This document shows positions 24,119 through 34,605 of a stretch of 64,000 nt of DNA, piece by piece. The notes beneath the pieces were generated by a model that did no database searches, was not told the origin of the DNA, and was given only the letters and a program-made list of their open reading frames with translations. The number at the start of each line of letters is the position of its first letter. Within the stretch, counting starts at the first letter, position 1. Source of the stretch: Amphiscolops sp. MND2022 (taxonomy: Eukaryota); the NCBI GenBank assembly GCA_964187785.1, contig OZ076418.1:24862001-24926000 (forward strand), written 5' to 3'. The translations under genes and the position numbers were made by a program.

Positions 24119-25949
24119 GCTACATAGGTTACTGTTTGTCCTCCAACTTTGTAGCTGTTCATACGCACAAAACGTTTTAAAAATGTAGAACAAATGCTTT
24201 AAAAAATTTGGAATTTGAATTCGGTTCATTTTGAGGCCGAACAAAAAACCTCATGTTTTGAAGTTTGTTGTATATCTGTGTTTCGTCATTAAACGTCTTG
24301 GATCTTCCACTCCTTACAAACCTTTACAAAATGTCATAACGTGGTAAAACGTTTTGAGGTCATTTTCGGGGTTATTTAGGAGACAGTTTTCCCAAAAATG
24401 TTCAAATGAATCGACTAATACTTGTACGAACCTAATTTTATGGAAGTGAATATCTTTATAACTTCTATACTTTGGCTATTAAATCAGCATGCAAAGCAAA
24501 TTAAGGAGAAATACGCGGCTCATTCAAAAAATTTCGGTATCTTTCGGAAGTGTTGGCGGAAAATAATGATTTCAATTTGATTTTAAGTGAACACATTTTC
24601 GATATGATTTCAAGTAATCAAGGTTTGCTGCCTATCGAGAAATTGATCTCGTCTCATATTTGGGATAGGTGTCCTTTGGTAGAGAGAGAGATCCTCTGAT
24701 CTAATACTGAAACAATATAGGATTGTTTTCTCAATGAGGTATCGGATTTAGAACAAATTTCGCGTGCGTTTTTCATGGAAGTTGTCTAGCACCTCAATTA
24801 GATGGTATCTTCATGAAGTTCTTAACCAGAAACGTTGGTTAAGCAGTACTTCGAAACGTCATCTGCAGATACAACAGTTTGTTTGCGAGTATGGGCGATT
24901 CAATCGTTCTTATAAACGAATCGCTCTTTTTGCTCGCGGAAACTTCTAGTGAGCTTCGTGAGATCTTTTCACAGAATTAGTTTTCTCTGGCAAGTGAACC
25001 ATTGACTTAATTCGTAAGGCAGTAGAACATTTCACGCAAATGCAATTCTTTTTTTTCGATTAGATTACCTAAATTTCATAATCTGAATGCTTAGCATCCA
25101 TTGACAGAATTGTTGCTTGACAGGCGAAACAACAACCTTGACAGGTGGAGCAACAACGTGCACCAGAGTCTTGAAATGAAAGAGTCTCTGGTCTGTCCAC
25201 TCTTACGGAGTACAGATGGAGCAAATATTATTAATACGGTAGAGACCATTTGGCCAAGACAGCGAAATATATTCGAATTTGTCCCAGCATGCTATAGCCA
25301 CAATTTTGACGTTAAACCCGAAGCAAATTGCGTTTTACCAAGGAGGAAGCGGTGTTTCAAAATCAGTGCCCCATATCCGAACTTTGAAGCTATATCCGAA
25401 GTAAATTGTTTTACTAAGGAGGAGCCTGAGGTACAAGGAAGCGCACGCACGTGACCCAGCACTGACTGTATATTGCATTTTGCGAAAGTAGAGGGTCTCC
25501 GTTTGTCTCCGTTTCAGCATTATAAGACTTTTTCCAGAAGAAAAGTTTTGAAAATTGTTTTTTAACTTTCCTCAAAAATTGTTTGTTTTGACATTTCGAG
25601 TTAGGTGCGACTCTTTTGGAGAGAATTCATTGAATAAAGGTTCTCCCATGAGTTTTTTTAAGTGTTTTCGGCTTAAAAAATTGTTTAGTGAGCCTAAAGT
25701 TCCTTTTTCGGCAAGTCCTATGAGACTTGTTTCCAAATAGAAATATTTTTGGTAAAAAAATGAAGTTCGAAAATTTTCGTTTTGATGTTTCCCGTTGGGG
25801 AAAAGCGGTTTTTGAGTCTTTGGGTATTCCTTTCATTTTTGGTACTGTAAAGTCGATAAAAAGTTATGAGGCTGCGCGACTTCGCATATTCAAACCACTT
25901 TGCTTTCTCGAAACTTGAGCGGGACGCTGAGTTTGGCAGTTTCGTCTTG

Positions 25950-26310
25950 TTTTTCTATCCAAAAGAGTGATAAACAAAGACACAAATGTTGCAAAGGGTA
26001 TTTGTTTTCCAAGGATACTCCTTGCCGCGACAATAAGCATCCTTGAAAAACGTGCACCGGAGTCTTGAATTTAAACCAAGATTGGAATCTAGAGCTCAGT
26101 TAAAATTTCCGTACTATAGAATCATGGATAACTTCTGGATTCGCGGGTGTTACCGCAGTACTTGTATTTTTTCTCCAAAAACGTGTTAAAGACACATTTG
26201 TAGCAATATGTTTTTCAAGAATACTTATTTTCCGCGGCAATGAGTATCCTTGAAAAACAAATGCGAGTTGCTACTAAAGTGTCTTTAACAAACTTTTGGA
26301 GAGAAGAGCA
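25950..26310. repeat. Two related imperfect hairpin (MITE-like) units centred on ccgcg(a/g)
   Basis: Unit ~26170-26305: ttctccaaaaacgtgttaaagacacatttgtagcaa...ttgctactaaagtgtctttaacaaacttttggagagaa; related unit ~25950-26050. Confidence 0.7.
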
Positions 26311-26808
26311 AGATTCGACCAGTTGGACCGAAATCTTTGATTGCCACCAGTTGGTAAACCTCACAAACCAAATTGACGATCAAAATTCGTAAGCGAAGCT
26401 CAAACCTCGGTAAGTTCAAAATTATATTCCTTGCTCAATGAAAATTTTTTAGAAATTCCATTAACGGTGAGAAATTTAACGAAGGCGAAATTTCTATTCG
26501 AGTGTCTTGATTGTGAAGCTGATTTTTGTGTACAAAGGTATAAAATCTAGATGTATTTTGCCAATCGAATTTGAAATCAATTTTCACAGTGCTCAGAACT
26601 GTGATTTTTTTTTAAAAAAAAAGATCAAAACTGTTCTACATTTATAAAGCTAATATAAATAAGCTTGTATGTCTTTATGATCTCATCTCATTTTCCATTA
26701 CGCTAAGTCTTTCTTTCTCAATGATATTCTCAGCGCGGCTAGTGAAATGTTTGTGTATGTGTTGAAAAATTCGCTTTACTTCAGCAACGACTTAAAAGCT
26801 CGTGAAAA

Positions 26809-27515
26809 ATGTTGGCAATTCTTCTCCTGAACCTGTGGACGATTGGAGCATCAGAAGAAAGTAAGTTTCATTAAGTCATCTAATCTTCTGATAACTTCGA
26901 TGCTAGGTTCTTAACAGTGCCTGTTAAATTTCACTCGTGAAAACTTGTACTTTTTTCTACGTTCGAAAAAACTTCATGGGCGTCGAATTCGATGCAAACC
27001 AACAACCACCCGCACTACAACACCTGACATTCAAATTAATTCAAATCAATTGTCACTTGATACCATTTCAATGATCGGACCCAATTAAAAACTGAAAAAC
27101 CCATTATTAACTGTTTTTAACCTAATTGTTTTTGGAGAACTAACCTCAATTCAAACTCGAAAGTTATACTTACTCGAATAATACATCCAAAATCCTTCAG
27201 GACACGGCGTGAAATTTTCTCCCGCGCCATCAAAGCAACTTTCGCTACTCAAAAAGGAAGTTGAACAATTTCGCTGACTACAAAGCATGAGTTTTCCTTC
27301 CTTGCTTCTTTTCAGTTCTGAATTGTTCCTCCTGTGTGGACTATCACCGACTGTGCCCTGCTGTTAGAGACCCAAAATACCTGGAGAACTTTTTAGCCAA
27401 GCTCTCCACTTCCGATGCAGCACAGCTGGCCGAGGACAGTGTCATTGTGAAAGATGTCAACTGCTCTAACCCCGAGTATCTGCTTCGATGCCCGTTGTCA
27501 TGCGGAAGCTGTTAG
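26809..27515 (+). CDS. Spliced gene (coding exons 26809-26860 and 27316-27515) for an 83-aa secreted ShK-domain-like peptide
   Basis: ATG with A at -3; signal peptide MLAILLLNLWTIGA; phase-1 intron GTAAGT...ttttcAG with CTGAC branch-like site near 27275; exon 2 gives C-x6-C-x35-C-x8-C-x3-C-x2-C-stop. Probable 5' UTR intron 26410-26784 (GTAAGT...ttcAG). Confidence 0.82.
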
Positions 27516-27977
27516 TGATCTTTGAAGTCCTAAAAACTGTTTTTTTTTCAGAAACATTGCATCTAAAATTTTGAATTTCACAAAAACTTCCCTTGATGGC
27601 ATGATCATAAATTTTTTTCTCAATGCAGTACTCTTCAATCAGTCATTGTTCATCATGAACTACTTAACTTTCGAGCCTGCGTAAGAGTTCCACCATTTAT
27701 TGGGACACTTTCTACAAAATACACATCATCAAACAAACTTTCAATTGAATTGCCACATTCTATCTTCGAGTTGAAAGATCAATCGTTCTGAATTTCAGGC
27801 ACCCCTTGTTCAGGTAAGTTATTTCCTTATCTTTTTTTCTTCCCGAAAAGTAATGGTTTCAGTTTCAATCTATAGCCACGTCTGTGAATTGAATCAGTAT
27901 ACAAAGTTTTTTCGTCTTAAACCACTCGCTTAGGGACTACTCTTTCATCTATTGGTACTTACCCATCACTTATAACC

Positions 27978-28287
27978 AAACTTTTTTTTCCGCCCCCAGA
28001 AATTTATTTGTGAGTGAGGGAGGAAAATCATAATCTGTGTTGCGTTTTTTTTTCGAAATTCTGCCAAATCTCCACGATCTCCATCCACTTGACTACTTTA
28101 GTTACTTAACTATTTTAGTTACTCGACTAATTTAATTACTTGTTACTCCATTTTGTTATTAAAACCAAGGCACCATGGCACAGTTGGTTGTGCGTTTGCC
28201 TAGCAAACACGAGGTCGTGGGTTCGGAATTGTGCTGATGCGTTTCACTTTTACCGAAAACATCCGGGTTCTTAGCGGGCGTCTTGTT
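27978..28287 (+). mobile_element. Dispersed non-autonomous element R2, copy 2, with tRNA-Ala(AGC)-like cassette
   Basis: Homologous to 17597-17966; A box TGGCACAGTTGG, loop CTAGCAA, AGGTC variable region, B-box-like GGTTCGGAAT at 28169-28241. Confidence 0.75.
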
Positions 28288-28579
28288 GATATTTATCTGC
28301 ATTTATCAATCTATTTAGCTACATAGATTTCCCCCGACGCCAACTGCGGTGATAAAGCGTTTCAATTGAGACTGCATTTGATCAAAATAATATTTTCACG
28401 GTTTAAAACATGGTTCAACAGTTCGACTGTCTCATATGAAGCCCTCGACAAAAAACGTAGTGGAATTGCATTTTTGCATTATTCTACAACTGACCACTTC
28501 CAAGTGGGGACCTTTGAGGATTAAAAAAAGTTTGCCAATATCACAAAAATTTGTATTTGTGTTTTTTCTAAAAATTTTT

Positions 28580-31500
28580 AGTTAGAAAGAGTTACACACG
28601 GTTAACCGGGACCATTTAGGCCCAATGACTCATGTTCCAAACTGAAAACTTTATTTGATTGAGGTAAAAAACTTTTACTTAGAAAAATTCGTAAAAAGTT
28701 GGAGAGCCAAAACTACTTCCTCAGTTTTTGACGAACCTCTCACTAATCCCATAGGGCAGATAGACTTCACCCGTAAGGCTATTGCCTTCTCCACTGACTT
28801 TGTGAACGTGTGAGTTTTCTGGTTTTGCTGAAAAATAACCCGTGATTAATTAATTGGATTTGTATCTAACGTTTCACTCAGGTCTGTTTTCGGTTCTGCC
28901 GAAGTGTAGTTCGACTTTTTTAGTCTAGTGTGTGTGGGGTGGTTAGACTTACGTGAAAGCCAGTTCAAGCGCTTTTCCAACAAATGGTTCACTCGTTCTT
29001 ATGTTTGTTAGTAGATTTTCTTCTACCATTCGAACACCATTCTCTACTAGCCTTGAAGGGGTATGGATGCATGGTGTTCCTCATGCTAGTAAGATAAAAT
29101 GGGGAGCCCGTAAAAACCGACGCCTATTTGTTTTTGGGATTCCACTTACTTGAATGTTTTTACCGCCGTATTCTGCTCAATTTTTCTGGTGGCCATTTAC
29201 TTTGCATTTCAATGGAGAGTAGAATCTAAATTTTACGGTGGTGGTCTGTGACTGGTCCGATTAACTGGAACTATTTTATTTTCGAAAGAGGCCATACCGT
29301 GTTGACAGTTTTTTGTGTTGCCTGTAATCTTCCCGGAAGAATCTATGATTTTGTCTCTTCAGGCAGACTAGAGTTTTAGCAATTTGGGTTGTTTACTGTT
29401 TCTGTCTGCAACAATTGTCAGTCAATGGCGATTTCTTTTTCTTTTCTGGACGGTGCTTTCTAGATTCCAGCTGTTCATTTCCATGGAGTGTACTTCTAGA
29501 GCGTTGTCAATTTAAATGCAATGCACTCTCTTTTATCCGACGTAACTTGTCCAATTTATTGTCTGTACCTGTAGTACTGATGGTGGTTGTTACGAGTCAC
29601 TCGAAACTTCTTTTTCCAGTGGTGAGACTTCTGATTGTGTATTTGATGGGCCCGGTTGTTCTTGTTTTTGATTTGTGATAAAATTCTAACTCTTCTTTGT
29701 CGTGTGATAATGTTTCCTTGGGAATTTGACGGTGAAATGAACTGCTTGCAGGAAAAGAACTTTTATTGACTTTGCTGTGGCTGGATTTGGATTTAAACGG
29801 CCGCCTTTTCAAATATGCAAAGCGTTTTATCCTGGTATTTCCCCACGATTGTCCTTTCCTCACGAGGTAGGTTCGGATCTTGGTACTTCTTTATCTTTCA
29901 CAGGAGAATCGCCATGTTCTTGGCTCCACAAAGTTTCGCCAACGCTCTTGGAACTCTGTTGTTTACTGGGAAAAAATCCATTAATTCAAGACTTCCGATA
30001 GTTGTGCAATCTGAGTTGCTGCAGTTTACGGTGCATTTAAGGCAATGAAGACGGTTTGTTCACGCTTGCTGTTCGATGAGCGTTCGTTGTTTATTCTCGC
30101 AGTGTGCGGTTGCTTGCTGCTGGTCTGTTGTTAGTTGAAATGGTTCCTAAGACAACTGAACGTTGAACAAATAAACGCACAAAATGGAAGTACGGAGTTT
30201 GCTTCTTAGTTCATATATTTCCGTACATTTCATCTTTCTGTGCCGGTGCCATTGGAATTTTGTTGAGTTACTCTGTAAGTGTTAAATGCTTTCCCGCAAT
30301 TTGGTTGGCGGTAATTGTGAAGAGATCTAATCGGTCTAGCAAGGGATGTAATTGGGAGCTGCGTGCTCTATTTCATTGGTTTCATTTTGAAGTGGTTCCC
30401 GTGCATGCATTGTTAGTTTCTCGAATTACAGTCATGATGAGGCGGTAAACTTCTGGGCCCAAACCGTGAATAAATTTTCCAATTCAAAGTAGGGTTTATC
30501 GTTTCGGTGTGTTCAAAGTCAACGCTTGCGCTTCATTTTTTGCCAGAACGTGACCCCAGACACTTGGGTGCTTGCGTTCTATGTTGTTGTATTGCGACAA
30601 CTAGAATTGTAGTGGGCCGAGCACAGTATACAAGTGATTTGTTTTCAAGCTTTTAATTGCTTTCGAGTGTTGCTGTATCCAGTTTCAGTAGACTTTCTTT
30701 TTCAGACAAAAATCCTCAGTAGATCTGTTTGAACTAAAAGATGCTTCATACCTAGATCAAAACTGGATTGCTCCGAGAGAAAACTTTGATTATTTTCTCT
30801 TTTTCTGGGTTTTTCAGTCCTCGAATTGCATTTAGTGTGTCCTGTAACAATCTGAAATCGTTTTGGTCAGTTTTACGCTCCATCCAATTATATTAGGTTT
30901 TGACAAATACCGTTTTATTTTCACTATGTCTATAGCCTGAAATTTCATCATTCGATGGAGCGTCTAACAACTCACGCGAATGATGTCTTTAAATTTCTCT
31001 TTTGTTACCACAGGTAATTATTCGGACCACGTTGGATGTTTTTTCTCCATTGTTTGATCAATCGTCTCCATGATTATGGTTGGTATATCTGTCAGTCCAC
31101 GAAACTTTTTGGAAAACCTGTAATAGACAGTGAAGTTGCCTCCCGTGATTGCGAGTGTGCACAATAATCTTGCAGTTTTGGTTATTGGTAATTGAACGTA
31201 TGTGTAATCCAGATGAAAGTATGGAACTGAACTACTAAATTTTGTTCGTTGCCCTGTCCGTTTTTTTCTTGATTTTCGGGATATCGACTCCTCTATGTTC
31301 GGCATCTCTGCGTCCCTTTTTCCGGTTATTTCCTTGAGCCTGCGCAAATCTGAGGCTTTTCCATAAATTACGTCCTTGTGTACTACTGTGATCAACAGCA
31401 GAAATGGCGCAGTTCCGTTGAATTTGAATTTAAGTTTGAGTGTGACCGGTAACCCGCTCCCAAATACGAAGATGAATGAACGGTTGTTGACCAGTACAGC

Positions 31501-31900
31501 TGTTGTGAGGAACGGCTTTGGGTAGTTGTTTTGTGGCTTGGACAGTTTCTCAGGTGAGGTTTCTGGGAGGAGAGGTGGGTTTTGTCCTCTTCGGTATTTT
31601 GTGGTTCATGTTCTAGATGGACACGTCTTTTTAGACGCCGCATTTTCCCTCGAAGAAAAAAGCACGATTGTTACAGTGTCAAGTCGTTCTGTCAGTCTCA
31701 CTCTGAGTGATCGTTCTTTCCTTTTTTGTGCACTTCCTGCATTATCTCAGAAAGTATCTCCACAAGTATACTCAGTACTTTCTTTCAAACGCAACCAGAG
31801 CCGTTTAACACCAAGTACAAAATCAATCCAAAGCAGAAGGGTCACCTTTTCAATTTTTGTGGCGCGCTTAGGACTTTCCCTCTTTATCGCGGCTCTGTGA
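28580..31900 (-). mobile_element. Heavily decayed Gypsy element G2, same lineage as G1 (no LTRs recognised)
   Basis: Fragments: integrase (GTPCIHTPSRLVENGVRMVEENLLTN, ~28950-29100), linker (ERWRNFVEP...KKYQDP, ~29860-29950), RT (AITGGNFTVYYRF...KHPTW, 31018-31200); many stops and frameshifts. Confidence 0.88.
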
Positions 31901-34380
31901 AATTTTTAGGAACTTCTCCAAAGTAACCAAAGCGTACAGTTCAAATTTCTTGATGAATTGCCCGAGAATTTTTGTGAAACAATCCCAATCTGCACTATGA
32001 GACTGTTCGAAGAACTCTCATTTTGTCCTATAATAAGTTTTCTCAAAATAGATTGATCAAAAGTTTTTTCAATACTTTCCGAATTTTGGAGGTCGAGGTT
32101 CGGAAATATCACGCTTTATCCAAATTTATGATGTTATATCCGCACTACAACGTTTTTTCTACGAAAAATAAGGCGTTTCCAAAAACCAGCATTCCCATTT
32201 ATCACCGCACGCCACATCCGAACTTCTGAAGTTAAGTCCCAGGTAATTTGCGTTTTACAGAGGAGGACGCGTAGGATCGAAAATGCGCTCCAATGCCTCT
32301 CAGCACGCTTCGTGCATTTAGACATTCCCGTCTTGTTTCGTGCTCTGTTTTGATCAGCTAAGATTATCATAGTGCCCAATGTTTCCACAATGTGCGCACT
32401 TTCTTGTTTTTGCCGCACGATCCTGTTGTTCTGTACACTGCATCGTTGGCTGTCTACCTTTTTGCATTTGTTGAGCTTTTGATTTTCAGACCTTTGACAG
32501 GGTCTTTTTCTCTTCACGTGTCTGATTTTGGTTTTCCCCGTTCCGAATCTTGAGATACGTTCGTTTTTGCGTCCACGTACTCATGTGTTGTGTCGGTGAT
32601 CGCTTCTACTCACACTTCTCTTTTCTTTGTTTTTCTTCTTTAGCTCAAATTCACTAGTAGTCTTTCCTATTATTGGGGGGAAGTTAGATGCAAGCATTTC
32701 TGTGGCGCCTATACCTTCCAACATTCTCAAATTCGAGAATGCGATTTCAACGTTCAGCTGTTTATCCAGGTTCACGTTTTAGGTTGAAAAAATCCGTCGT
32801 GCCCTAATGTTTATTCCGTTCAGGATTGGAGTGAAGGCTAAATAAGGTGTGAAACTGGTGTATTTTTAGGGAATGATTGTCCAATTGTACAGACGAAGAT
32901 GAATATATCTTTTATTTCTTCTAGTTAGTCTGAGTGCCACACCAATGTTTCTTTTGAGTTTGTTTTTTTTGTTAAATCCACACTACGGTGTAATTCAATC
33001 TATTGAACGAATGTCCTCTAACACAGTTTTACACTGGTTTGATCGGTTTTTTGTAAGGTCTAAAAGGCAGTGTTTGGGTACGTGTCCCACGGATCTTGTC
33101 GTTGTGTCGTTGTCCTATCTAAACTGTGGATCATTTTTTCAAGGTGGAAAAGAATTTCATCTTGTGGAAAGAGTCCTAAATTTAATTCTGGTAGAATAAG
33201 GCTTCACTTACTTTTATGGTGTATTCAGGATCACATAGATCGTCTTGTTCTCCCAATTATTTGATCCTCAAGAATGGCGTACTTCAAGTTCTCAAATAAT
33301 TTTTGGCCATCTTCGCTTAAACTACACCCATTTCAAAAATGGGATTCAACGAGAAAGACCGTAGCTCTACACTAACTGATCTGAGCTATAATCAACAAAA
33401 TACCAAAACGTTATCGGTTTACATCCTTGAGCACAGAAAGCACTGAAAAAAGTGATAAAACTATTTTTGCGATACTTTGAAAAAAACGCTCGGCGTTAAT
33501 TTTTTATGAAAAGGCTATTTGTTCATGTTCCCGATTCTTATAATTTTGTCGTTTTTGATGATTTCATTCTGTTTTCAATTGAAGTTTTGTCTTATTTTTT
33601 CAGATTTAAATGGAACTTCGAGAGAATGGAAATGGTCTATTTGCTACTTTCATATTTTCTATTGATACGCTTCACAGACATCTCTAAGTTTACTCAAGTC
33701 GAACGATGCAACTTTTAAAAGAACTTTGTAAAGTTTAGGCATTTTTGAATCGGTTTTAGCAGAAATTTGCAAACCTTACAAGAATCGTATCGATAAGTAT
33801 TGTAATATCTTATCAATTTAAAAGATTTTACTGAATTATTTGTAAGATATTTTCAAAAATGTGTTTTTTGTAAAATAGTGATGGCGAACGATGAAGCAAA
33901 AAATGCACTACACAATGCACTTGAAAAAACTCAGGATGAAAAGAGAAACACGTAAAACGACGTACAAGAAGTGGTCACATTTTTTTATCTGAAGCTCACC
34001 TGTTGGTGGTTGTGGATTTTTGTTTCTGTTGTATGAAAGCTCTAAACTTTAAAAAAAGAATGGGTTACTTTCATTTTCCAAGAAAAGTGACACGTCTTTA
34101 TGTGGAAATTCTGGCCGTCTTCACGTTCTGTAGTTCAGGAAGGTTTTCAACCGAAGGTAAAAAAAACAAAGCTGCTAAGAATTCATTGATATCTTGCAAG
34201 AATCAATTTCGAAGTCTTGCAACATCGCCTTGCACGATTTCAGCAAAAATCCTTTTGACTTTCAAGAAAATAGCAAAACGGCTATTTTTGGTACGAACTT
34301 TTCTAGAAACTCTTTCATTACCAGGGTTGTCTCGAGAATCTTTCGACGCAAACTCGTAGTTGACCGTCAAAAATGTTTAG

Positions 34381-34605
34381 ATTCGATGAATGCTACATTC
34401 CAATACGAGCTCATTCCAATAAAATCTGCATCAGATCCAGGCGGGACGTTTAAAGGCTATGCCGGCGCAGACGCAGCCATTGACGGTGACGACACTCAAA
34501 CAGAAAACCAGTGTTTCTGTTCTGCTCTGGGCATGACTACAGAGTCGAGGTTTATTGCTAACATTCCCAAGTCCAGAGTGGATTCAATCGGTTTCAAGGG
34601 CCAAT
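34381..34605 (+). CDS. Putative internal exon encoding part of an F5/8 type C / fucolectin-like domain
   Basis: tttAG acceptor at 34379-34380, GT at 34606, symmetric phase 1-1, 225 nt; translation includes ADAAIDGDDTQTENQCFCS...IANIPKSRVDSI, resembling the AxxAxDG...C motif of this fold. Confidence 0.55.

Noticed and set aside
28169-28241. Functional tRNA-Ala gene
   Set aside because: Anticodon, T and acceptor stems do not pair, and it lies within a multicopy repeat.
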